A stretch of 64,000 nucleotides of DNA from Sedimentisphaerales bacterium. GTDB taxonomy: Bacteria; Planctomycetota; Phycisphaerae; Sedimentisphaerales; SM23-30. The position numbers were made by a program, and so were the translations under genes. The notes under the pieces are model-generated. The model had not been told where the DNA came from, made no database searches, and was given only the letters and a program-made list of their open reading frames with translations. Shown here in pieces: positions 1 through 9,478 of this stretch (positions are counted from its first letter, which is position 1; each line of letters starts with the position of its first letter). The stretch covers positions 32,001 through 96,000 of the forward strand of contig CAXXMR010000003.1 of the NCBI GenBank assembly GCA_963663805.2, in the 5' to 3' direction.

Positions 1-35
1 AAGGCCGTCGTTCTAAAACGACAGCCTTTTTTTTT
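1..35 (+). terminator. Intrinsic terminator of an upstream gene
   Basis: Hairpin aaggc-c-gtcgtt/ctaa/aacgac-a-gcctt followed by a T-run. Confidence 0.7.
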
Positions 36-200
36 GGGCACTGTGCGGGTCTGGAAGCAGCAGGAAACGGTTATTTTTGAGGTTTGAGGGAATAGATAGT
101 TGCGTTTTGGGTGGGTTGCGATTAGTTTTGGGTCGGATAGGAGTTTGCAAGTAGAGTTTTGCAAAAGTTAAGTTCACAAGTCAGAACAGGAATAATAGCT

Positions 201-3191
201 ATGAAAAAGGCGAAATGGTTTTTGATTTTGTGGTGTCTGGGATGTTGCTGGTCTTATGGTCAGGCGAAGATTCCGGTGGAGATTCAGGGTGGTGGCCAGA
301 GCCATTGGTCGTGGCTGACGGCGAATCATTATCGTGTTGTGATGCAATGTCGGTCGGCGTCGGGTGAGGGGGGGCATAATATTGCCTGGGCGGAGGTTGA
401 TTTTGAGGGGATTGCCCGTCAGTTGAATGTGAGTGCGGATGTTTGGAATCCGGATTCGGTGCGGGTGATAGAATATGACCGTGAAACTGGTGAGGCGGTA
501 CGTCAGAATAGTGGTGATGGGCTGGAAGCTTATCTGGTTCCGGCGAAGCTGGATGAGTGGCACCGTTATCAGCAGCAGCGTAACATTGAACGGAAACGGC
601 ATCTTTCCTGGCTGCGGCGTGAGGGCGATGGTGCGGGGGCGGTGTATATATGTTATTTTGATTTTTACGGCAGAGGTGAAACAGAGCGAATCGCTAAGCC
701 TGCATTTGTTGGGACGGGCGATTCGCTTAGTTTCGGCAAGCTGGGCGAGAAAGTGGATATGCGTGGGGTGCCTCTGGTTTGTGACTGGGATGGTGACGGC
801 GATAATGATATTATCACTTCGCTGATGACGGTGCCGGAGCGGGGCAGTTTTGTTTATCTGAGTGAAGGAAGTGATATTAAACAGATATTCGGCAAGCGGC
901 GGATGGTAAGCGCTAATTTGGGCGTGAGTGCCAAGCAGGTAGTCGATGTTGATAATGATGGTCGGCTGGACGCGGTCAAGAAGGGTGGGTATTATTCCGA
1001 TTTTATCAATCAGCGATTTTCCAAATGGGTTTCGATTGATTTGCCGCTGGAAGGCGAGATTGGCAAGGGTATCAAGGAATCTCGTACGGTGAACTGGTTT
1101 GTGGCGGACTGGGACGCGGATGGTTTGAATGATGTTATTGTGGGAGCTGGTTGGTGGAAGGAATATGGCTGGTCCAACGCTTTTGACGAGAATGGGAAGT
1201 GGATAAATGGTCCTTTGCGGGGCTGGTTTTATGTATTTCGGAATTTGGGCAATAATCGTCAGTTCAAGTCGGCTGAGCCTTTTAAGGTTATGACTACCGC
1301 GGGATTGCCGGCTGAGGTTTACGGTTATCCGAGTCCGCAGGTTGTTGATATTGACTCTGATGGTGATTTGGATATTCTGTCGGGTAATTTTCTGGACCGC
1401 ATCAAGGTTTTTGTGAATGTGGGCAGCAGGGGCGAGCCGAAGTTCGCTCCGCCGGTTGATTTATTGACGACCGAGGGGGAGTTTGAATGTTATTATCAGG
1501 CTTTGACGCTGCATGCGGTGGATTGGGATGGTGACGGTGATTTGGATATATTTTTCCGTTGTGAAAATGACGGTTTAGGTTATCTAGAAAATACGGGGCG
1601 TTCGGCGGGTGAAGGTCGGATGATATTCAAACCGGCGGTTTATCCTGATAGTGAAGGTGATTATCCGAACTCGGCTCAGCTGGTTACGAATAATCTTAGC
1701 GACTGGGATAATGACGGTGATTTAGATTTGATATTCGGTAATAGTCCGGGGCAGGTGGGGTGGTATGAGTGTTTATCGGGTTATCCGCTTTTGCGTTTTA
1801 GGGGGGCGTCGTATTTTAAGTCGGCGGGTGAGGATATTCGTATAGCGGCGGGTTATAATGGTTCGATTCAGGGGCCAGCTGAGGCGAAGTGGGGCTATAC
1901 TGTGCCGTGGGCGGCAGACTGGGACGGCGATGGTTATAAGGATATAATGCTGAACAGTATCTGGGGTAAGATTCTGTGGTATCGTAATCCGGGCGATAAT
2001 GGTAGTTTGAATCTGGATGCGGCGGAAGCGGTTCGGGTACGTTGGGCAGGTGATTCGCCTAAGCCGGAATGGCGGTGGTGGAAGCCGGGCGAGGATGAAT
2101 GGTCAACGCAATGGCGTTCTACGGTGCAGATGCTGGATTATAATCATGATGGTTTGCTGGATGTGGCGGCGTTGGATTATGAGGGTTATCTGGTATTGCA
2201 TCGGCGAGTGATGGATGGTGGCGAGAAGGTGCTTTTGCCGGGTCAGCGGATATTTCGGGGCGGGGACGGCAAGGCTTGGCAGATTAATCCGCTGCCGCCG
2301 GGCGGGTGTGGTCGGCGGAAGTTTGAGTTGTGCGACTGGGATAATGACGGCGACTGGGATTTGGTGGTTGACGATAAGCAGTTTGGCTGGAAGGTGGCAG
2401 GTAGTGTGGCGGTTTATGAGAATGTGGTTGATGACGCGGCTCCGCTGTTTTTGAAGCAGGGTGCGATTACGGATATTATGGTGGCGGGTCATACTTGCTG
2501 TCCGTCGGTTTTTGATGTTGACGGTGACGGCAGGCTGGATTTGCTGATGGGGGCTGAGGATGGTCATTTTTATTGTTTCCACCGGTCTTATATCGAGGAT
2601 AAGTATGGTCTGGAGGCGGGGTTGGTTGAGTGTGATACGGTTTATTATTCGGACAGTTCGGTGGTGCTGTTTGATGAGACGGCGGTGGGCGATGTCAAAG
2701 GTGGTGAGATTGTTAGTGGTAAGGGGATTGAGGGCGGCAGTTGTATTTTTGCAGTGAATGATGACGATGGTTTTTACGCGGTTACTCTGGATATTGGCGA
2801 AAGTATTGACATAATGGATAACCGGGTTTTGGAGATGCGGGTTAATTGTGGGGTTGATGATTTGCATCAGGCGGCGCGGCTGCGGTGGGTTACGGTGGTG
2901 ACGCTTCCTAATGATGATAATATGGGCCAGGCAATATATTATCCTGATAATAATCACGGAGTGCCAGCGGCGAGTTATACTCTGGATGGTGAGAGTCAGG
3001 CGGGTGGTTCGGTTGTGTTTGATGATGATGTGCGGACGTGGCAGGTTCTGCGGCTGGATATGGCGAGCGGGCTTGGTCTGCCGGTTTGTAAGGGGGTTCG
3101 GGCGTCAAGTGTTGTGCGGCGGATTATGCTGACGTTTAAGGGGTCTGCGCAGGTTTATGTAGATGATATGAAGGTGGTTTGCAAGCGTTAA
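201..3191 (+). CDS. Secreted FG-GAP/VCBS-repeat (Ca-binding beta-propeller) protein with extra N- and C-terminal domains
   Basis: Signal peptide MKKAKWFLILWCLG from ATG 201; >10 DWDGDGDxD-type repeats. Confidence 0.8.
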   Translation: MKKAKWFLILWCLGCCWSYGQAKIPVEIQGGGQSHWSWLTANHYRVVMQCRSASGEGGHNIAWAEVDFEGIARQLNVSADVWNPDSVRVIEYDRETGEAVRQNSGDGLEAYLVPAKLDEWHRYQQQRNIERKRHLSWLRREGDGAGAVYICYFDFYGRGETERIAKPAFVGTGDSLSFGKLGEKVDMRGVPLVCDWDGDGDNDIITSLMTVPERGSFVYLSEGSDIKQIFGKRRMVSANLGVSAKQVVDVDNDGRLDAVKKGGYYSDFINQRFSKWVSIDLPLEGEIGKGIKESRTVNWFVADWDADGLNDVIVGAGWWKEYGWSNAFDENGKWINGPLRGWFYVFRNLGNNRQFKSAEPFKVMTTAGLPAEVYGYPSPQVVDIDSDGDLDILSGNFLDRIKVFVNVGSRGEPKFAPPVDLLTTEGEFECYYQALTLHAVDWDGDGDLDIFFRCENDGLGYLENTGRSAGEGRMIFKPAVYPDSEGDYPNSAQLVTNNLSDWDNDGDLDLIFGNSPGQVGWYECLSGYPLLRFRGASYFKSAGEDIRIAAGYNGSIQGPAEAKWGYTVPWAADWDGDGYKDIMLNSIWGKILWYRNPGDNGSLNLDAAEAVRVRWAGDSPKPEWRWWKPGEDEWSTQWRSTVQMLDYNHDGLLDVAALDYEGYLVLHRRVMDGGEKVLLPGQRIFRGGDGKAWQINPLPPGGCGRRKFELCDWDNDGDWDLVVDDKQFGWKVAGSVAVYENVVDDAAPLFLKQGAITDIMVAGHTCCPSVFDVDGDGRLDLLMGAEDGHFYCFHRSYIEDKYGLEAGLVECDTVYYSDSSVVLFDETAVGDVKGGEIVSGKGIEGGSCIFAVNDDDGFYAVTLDIGESIDIMDNRVLEMRVNCGVDDLHQAARLRWVTVVTLPNDDNMGQAIYYPDNNHGVPAASYTLDGESQAGGSVVFDDDVRTWQVLRLDMASGLGLPVCKGVRASSVVRRIMLTFKGSAQVYVDDMKVVCKR

Positions 3192-3198
3192 GTCAATT

Positions 3199-4179
3199 TT
3201 AGCCGAGGATTAAGGGCAGGGCGTCGGTCAGGTTTTCAAATTTGTCGAGCAGCAGGGGGGTGGTGCCGCTTTTTTTGATGTTGCCCGTGTTTATGCCTAG
3301 GGCGGGGAACCCTGCCAGTCGAATAGATATAACTCCGGCGGCGGAATCTTCGATGCCGATGACTTTTGAGCTTTGGTCGGTGGTAATGCCCAGTCCGACG
3401 CGGGCGGTTTCGGCGTAGAGCCAGGGGTGGGGTTTTGGTTCTAGTTCTCCGAGTGTGCCGACCTGCCCTTTGCGGAGGGCGTGGCCGGCGCTGATTATAG
3501 CGTCGTAGAAATCGAGAGGGTCGCCCATCTTGAGGGTGCGGAAGGCTGAGATGATTTCGGGCCAGGCTTTTTGGTAGAGTCCTGAAGTTACCAGGGCGAT
3601 TTTGATGTTGCGTCCTTTGAGTTCTAGCAGGAACTCTTTGAGTCCGGGGCTGGGAACGAAGGCATCCTGTTTGCCGCGACCTTTGAGGATTTCGGCCATT
3701 TCGAAATTTACAATGTCGAAGTAGTGAGTGCGGGCGTGCTCGACGGTTTTGTCGGGGCAGTATTTGTTGATGCAATACTGGAGGTGTTCGGAGACGGAAT
3801 GGCCGGAGACGTGGGGTTCGTCGTGGGGTTCGAGGGTGAAATTTTTGTTGTCGATGAGGCGGGCGATGGTCTGCTGGATGATCCATATCCAGAAATGTTC
3901 GCTGTGTACGCTGGTGCCGTCGAGGTCCATCAGGACAGCCTTAGCGGGTGAATCGAACGAGGCGGCCTTGAGGGGGTAGATTGCGGGGTAGCCCATTTCG
4001 GATTTGACGAGGCAGAGTACTTTGTCGGCGAAAACGATGAATTCCACTTTGCGGTCTTTAGGGGTGTAGATTGTTTGTACGCCGGCGGTGTTGGTTTGGA
4101 ATGAGCCGTCGGCGGTTGTGTCCAGGGTGAGGTATTCGGAGCAGTCGCCGAGTATTGATTTCAGGTTGTTGTTAATCAT
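3199..4179 (-). CDS. HAD-superfamily hydrolase (beta-phosphoglucomutase-like phosphatase/mutase)
   Basis: Motifs DLDGT, VTSG, KPHP, GIEDS. Confidence 0.85.
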   Translation of the reverse strand: MINNNLKSILGDCSEYLTLDTTADGSFQTNTAGVQTIYTPKDRKVEFIVFADKVLCLVKSEMGYPAIYPLKAASFDSPAKAVLMDLDGTSVHSEHFWIWIIQQTIARLIDNKNFTLEPHDEPHVSGHSVSEHLQYCINKYCPDKTVEHARTHYFDIVNFEMAEILKGRGKQDAFVPSPGLKEFLLELKGRNIKIALVTSGLYQKAWPEIISAFRTLKMGDPLDFYDAIISAGHALRKGQVGTLGELEPKPHPWLYAETARVGLGITTDQSSKVIGIEDSAAGVISIRLAGFPALGINTGNIKKSGTTPLLLDKFENLTDALPLILG

Positions 4180-4198
4180 TCTGGTGGTTTTGAGGGGA

Positions 4199-7100
4199 TT
4201 AATTTGCTTCGCTACTGATAGTGAGCCATTTGTTTGTCAATGAGATGAGGTCCTGGGTGTCTACCAGGCCGGTCTGGTTGAAGTCGGCGGTGGTGAAGGT
4301 TGTGTTCCAGTCGCCGAAGAAACCGCCGCGCAGGTCGGTTACGAGGGTTACCGCGTCGAAACAGGTGTAGCCTTCCTGGCCCCAGGGGTCTCCGAATCGG
4401 ACGGCACTTAGGCCGATGGTGTCATCGTATCGCCCGAGGTAGTTATTGTCGAAGAACATATGGAACCGGCCCAGGTAATCCACGATGGTACTCATAAGGT
4501 GCCAGCCAGCGTCGATTCCCAGGTTGCCGTAGCGGCTGCCCTCAATACGATGATAGACTCGCATGGGGTTGGTGGTGACGACGATCATTGAGTATTTTCC
4601 GGTGGGGTCGTAGGTGGCGAGATAGCCTTCGCCGTTGTCGGTGAGGGGGTATGTAAATGTGAGCGGAATAGCGGCAGTTAGTGAGGGTTGCGGGCAGTTC
4701 CTTTATGACGCGGGCCTGGGTGCTGCTGCCGGTGAAAAATGATTGCTGGGCGCTGGTTTGTACGGCGGTGGTGAATGAGGGTGAGCCCTGTGACATCATA
4801 GCCGTAATCGGCGAGGTTTTCGGTCCAGTAATATTCGAAGTCTTCGTAGAAGTCGTTGGCGAGGGGCGAGCCGCCGCCGATAGTGTCGCAATTTTGGGTG
4901 ATGGTGAGTTTGTCAAAAAAAACCTTGCAGCCGGCCAGTTCTGCCCAGGGCTTGCCGAATCTTACTCGGTAAAGGCCTGACGTGAAGGTTTCGGCGGTGT
5001 CGAGGTATTGATTGTCGAAGTAGATACCGACGGCGTTATTAGCGTAGATGGCGAAACTGAGCTGATGCCAGCCGGGGGCGACGACTTCGAGGGGACGGGT
5101 GTAGGTGCTGCCGATACGGTAGAGGATGTCGTATTCGCCGGAGGCGTTCATGTCGGGCATGAGCAGGACAGAGTTTCCGCTTTTGTCATATACCGAAAAA
5201 AAGGACCTGCCCGCTCCGGTGTTTTCGTCGAGATAGACCCAGACGCTGACCACGCAGTTGTCAGCGGTCTCAGAGCCAAAAGGGAGAATCTGGCACTTAC
5301 TGACATCATCGACATCCCAGAACATGGATTTGCTGCCGGAAAGAGCCTGGGCGGTGGTCATTACGGGTTCGTAGACATCTTCGTAGGTGAAGTTGGTCAG
5401 CTCGGAGAAGGAATCGATCTCGAAATCCTCGTCAACATCGCCGGCGGTTGGTTCGGCGGGTTCAAATGAGCCGGTGTTAAACCAGTTACCGGCGAAGATG
5501 GAAAAATCCTCAAGGTCAACATCGCAGTCGCCGTTAATATCCTGCGGGGCGAGCGATTCACAATGCTCGTAGGATGTGCCGCGGGGCAGTTGGGTCACAT
5601 CGCCGGCTTTGTTGCAGAAGTAGAAATTTGAGATGGATTCGGCGCTGGCGTCACCGTCGGCCCAGAAAGCGTAGAATTCATCGTTGGCATTGACGGGGGA
5701 GCGAACGTAGGTGTGGTTGTTGGTGCTGTTCTGGGTGATGTCTCTGGTTTTGGTCCAGGTGTCGCCCTGGTCGTTACTGACCCACATAGCTATCTCGCCG
5801 CCGGTATCGTAGTATTGCGGGCCGGGCTCGGTGGGGCCGATGATACGCCAGGTTCCGTCGGCTTCGAGATAGAGCGAGCCGGTGTCATAAGCGTGGGTTG
5901 AGGTTGTTACCGTTTTGATGTCCCAGGTTGTGCCGTTAAAGTGGGCGATATGCCAGGTGCGTGGTCCGTCTTCGGGGCCGGGCATGGGACCGTTGGTGGT
6001 TACGTAAAGGATAGCGGGATTGTCGCAGGGGTCGTAAATGATGTCCTTGAGGTAAACGTTTAGTCCTTCGGTGTGATAATCGTGGATAAGGGCGGGGGTG
6101 GTAAGTTCTTCGGCGTCGAGAACCGGGAGATTCAAGGTGGTTCCGTGGGCGGTTTGCCAGGTTTGGCCGTTATCGGCTGATTCGACATAGTAGAGGTTTG
6201 TTCTGCGGTCGAGTCCGCCTTCTACGGGATGGATATTAAAAGCGGTGCCCACCTTTACCGCGCCTTTAGCGGAGACCTGATAACTGCCGACACCCACGGT
6301 GGCGATTCTCTGGGTTTTGGACCAGTGTACGCCGTCGGGACTGGTGATAAACTGGATGGTACGCTGAACGGGGTCGCCGTATCTGGTCCAGAAAGCGAAG
6401 AAGCCGTCAGCGTCGCGATGCCAAATCTGGAAATATGAGAAGTTATCGAAAGTTACCACATTGTCACTGTCATCGACCTTGGTGGGGTGAATGAGTTCAA
6501 ACTCGTCAATGTTGTAAGGTGTTTTACTTTTGTGGATATAGCTGGGTCGGTCGGTTCCGTGTGAGGTGGAGAAAACCCAGACATAGCCGTCACTGTCCAT
6601 GCTGATTACGGGGTTGTCGTGGGCGTCGTTGGTGCCTTTGTCCAGCAGGATGGTGGGCAGAGAAACCTGGTCGGTCGCGTGATTGTATTCGGAGACCATG
6701 TGCCAGAGGCGGGTATTGCTGCCTGGTGCAGTGCCGCCGTAGCAGAAGAAGGTTTTGTCGGCCTGGGCACTGTAGATTGCCATGGGACGATGTTTGGCAC
6801 AGTAGGTACCGAGTCCGCCGCCGTATTTGACGATGCCGTCTTTGGGGATATAGTACCATATCCCGCGATAACCGCTGTCTTTTTTATTGATGGTGAGGTT
6901 GCTGAGGACCGGGTCGTTTTCTACCGGCTGATAACCGACACCGTCATACCAGGTGCGGTCGTCGGCATCGTCACGGTCGGCACCCTGAACGTAAACGGAA
7001 ACCTGCTGGTTTGCTGTAGTGGTGGTTACAATGCCGATACGGGCGATAAACATGTAGCTGGTGCCGTTGACGTCCTCTACGAGTACCGAGCCTTCGAAAT

Positions 7101-7521
7101 CAGAGGTACGGGCCCGGCGGGCGTTGGTTTTGTGGAAGGTAGTATATGGGTTTCCACCGCCCAAAGTGAAAGCGGCGTCCCAGTCGCTGGTGCCTTGCTG
7201 GCTGATATTGAAACAGCCGTAAATCGTATAGGTTCCCGGAGCACCGTTGATGGTGATGGTTGTGATTAGCGGTTCGGTGGTTTCGTCGCCGACGGCATCG
7301 GTGGTCCAGATAAACCCGCCATTGACACTGGAACGAGCCCTGATACCCCAGAGGCCATTGTTGCCATCGCCGCTGGTGCCGTTGTCGATATAGTTTACGC
7401 CATTGACGGGGGCCGCACCGTTAATTGTGGTGTTGGTGAGGTCGGCATCGACGAAGGTGATGGCCGCGAAGGTGGTTGAGGTCATGGTAAGGGTGATTAA
7501 CAATAGCAGGTATTTTCTCAT
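4199..7521 (-). CDS. Secreted BNR_4-type beta-propeller glycan-active protein with LamG-like domains and dockerin-like EF-hands; two apparent +1 frameshifts (~4787, ~4648)
   Basis: Signal peptide; Asp-boxes SADNGQTW and SNDQGDTW; DAHDNP; QDINGDCDVDLEDF and ADFNQTGLVDTQDL; ORFs 4678-7521, 4542-4916 and 4199-4588 join after removing one G and one C. Confidence 0.75.
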
Positions 7522-7606
7522 TACAACGCTCCTGAAAAATAAGGCAACATTCCGTTAAAGTAATCGGCCAGAAAGGGGATCCGACCGATTAAATAATTCT
7601 TCTGAT

Positions 7607-7670
7607 ATTATCGTTTAGGGGAGAGGGTTAGTCCACCCCGTTTCGTGCAATCGTATCTCCATTTTGCGCA
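7607..7670 (-). promoter_or_regulatory. Direct-repeat activator box (copy 1) plus -10 GATAAT for gene starting at 7521
   Basis: + strand GTGCAatcgtatctccattttGCGCA 7645-7670; -10 at 7607-7612. Confidence 0.7.
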
Positions 7671-7674
7671 AAAG

Positions 7675-9393
7675 TTATGGGGCGATATTTACGGTTAGCA
7701 TCCATTTTGCCATAGCGTTGAAATCTCCGGTGAAATAGTATTTTTGCAGGGTTTTGAGGTTGTCAGAATCGGAGGAGAGTTTTTGGGCTAATTCTTTGAA
7801 GACGGCATCTTTTAGTTTGGCGGCGTGGAAGTATTTTTCCCAGGTTGAGGATGCGAAGGCGAGGTCGTCGATTTCCTTGTTTGACAGGCCTCGTCGCCAG
7901 AATACGCGATAGATTTGACAGGCCTGCTGCCATGATAATTTAGCGTTTTGCTTGAAGGATTCGTTCAGGCCCTGCCATTTGATTTGGGCGGGGTCTATGA
8001 TTTCGCATACGTCGGTTCCGTATTCGAGAAGGTTGATGGTTAGTTCGGGGATTTTGTCGGCGTTATAGTCGAAATTTATCTGGTCGAAGAAGCCGTTGTT
8101 GTTGGTGTCTTTATAGGTGATGACGGCCTCGAGTTTTTTGGCGATTTCTTTGGAACAGGCACGGGGCAGGAGGATAGCGCCGTTGTATTTTGCCTGGCGG
8201 TCAATGGTCCATGCGCCCCATTCGGCGCCGTAGAGGTGAAGTCGGCTGTCCCATCTGCCGAAATAGAGTTTGCCCCTGCCGCTGTTATCCATATCGAACT
8301 CGCCGCGGTCGCCGATAGTATCTGCCTGGGCGTGAGCGTTCATGGGGTGTACGCCGGATTTTTTTTGTTCCTCGGTCCAGCGGAGAGTATAGGGGTCGTG
8401 GGGATGATACAATTCGACGCGTTCCCAGCGGTGGTCGTCGTCATCTTCGTCGAAGGTAAAATAGCAGCTTGACCAGTTGATTCCAAAAGCCGTATCGAAA
8501 CATTTTTCGTGGGGGACGTATTGGAGTTGGTCGATGGTTCGCCATTGGGTGTATTGAAAGTAGGGCAGGGCCCATTCGGGGGCTTTGAGGTCGGGGCATT
8601 TGTGTATGTGCTGGGAATAGTCGCAGGCATTATTTTTTTTGAACAACAAAGAAAAATCGTAATCGAATTCATTATCGCGCTGCGTGTCATTATCTATATC
8701 AAAGCTGAGATAAGCGCTGTCGAGAGAACCATCGCAGAGATTATCGAAATCGTCAATTAGTCGAACGGCCATTTCGGTGCAGCCGTCGTCGTCGAAATCG
8801 TAGAAAGCGAAGGGGTTTTCCCAGTTCCAGCGGGCATCGTTTACGGCAAATGAAGCGAGGTGGGCTTTGAGGAAGATGGAGTTGCCGTTATAGTCGGGCG
8901 AGAAATTACATCTGCCGGTGTGCCGCCAGCAGGCCAGGTCGAAGTTGGTCCAGTCGATATAGGCCATAACATTGTCGCGGTCGACATCCTCAATGACCAT
9001 GTAAAGTCCCTTGCCGGCCCATTTTTTTTCTTCGCCGGGCAGGGTGTTGATGACGATTACCTGAAAATCACTTATATCGTCGCGGTCATTGTCAACCCAT
9101 TTGACATTCATGTCTTCAAAACCGTCGTAGATACCGTCATTGTTTTTGTCAATCTGGAGGCAATCAGCAACAATGTCGCCGCGCAGGTCGGTGGGGAGCA
9201 TATCGTCGTTTTCGTCTATCCAGCGGCAGCGTTTACCGCTGAGCCATCTTTCGAGGATATCAATATCGCCGTCGTTATCGAGGTCGATACGAATAATGTG
9301 GTTTTTGTCGTCGGACAATTGGCTTTGGTGGATGTCAGCGGTGAGGGTAAGAGGGAAAGCCAGGATAATTGCTAATAGTAAGATTTTTTTCAA
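7675..9393 (-). CDS. Secreted acidic hypothetical protein with multiple DxDxDG Ca-binding loops
   Basis: 572 aa ORF, signal peptide, RBS, DLDNDGD / DFDDDG / DTNNNG loops; no family recognised. Confidence 0.75.
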   Translation of the reverse strand: MKKILLLAIILAFPLTLTADIHQSQLSDDKNHIIRIDLDNDGDIDILERWLSGKRCRWIDENDDMLPTDLRGDIVADCLQIDKNNDGIYDGFEDMNVKWVDNDRDDISDFQVIVINTLPGEEKKWAGKGLYMVIEDVDRDNVMAYIDWTNFDLACWRHTGRCNFSPDYNGNSIFLKAHLASFAVNDARWNWENPFAFYDFDDDGCTEMAVRLIDDFDNLCDGSLDSAYLSFDIDNDTQRDNEFDYDFSLLFKKNNACDYSQHIHKCPDLKAPEWALPYFQYTQWRTIDQLQYVPHEKCFDTAFGINWSSCYFTFDEDDDDHRWERVELYHPHDPYTLRWTEEQKKSGVHPMNAHAQADTIGDRGEFDMDNSGRGKLYFGRWDSRLHLYGAEWGAWTIDRQAKYNGAILLPRACSKEIAKKLEAVITYKDTNNNGFFDQINFDYNADKIPELTINLLEYGTDVCEIIDPAQIKWQGLNESFKQNAKLSWQQACQIYRVFWRRGLSNKEIDDLAFASSTWEKYFHAAKLKDAVFKELAQKLSSDSDNLKTLQKYYFTGDFNAMAKWMLTVNIAP

Positions 9394-9427
9394 CAGTCAA
9401 ACTCCTTTTTGTGCGAAAATTTTGGGC

Positions 9428-9469
9428 AAAAAAAAAAGTGCTGCCCCGGTTTCAAGGGAGCAGCACTTT
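9428..9469 (-). terminator. Intrinsic terminator after the GH5-like gene
   Basis: aaagtgctgc...gcagcacttt stem next to an A10 run (U-tract on - strand). Confidence 0.75.
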
Positions 9470-9478
9470 GATAACGTC

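Noticed and set aside
104..133. GTTTTGGGT repeated with 21-bp spacing upstream of the FG-GAP gene
   Set aside because: Only one locus, in very G/T-biased DNA, and no match to the four-copy motif.
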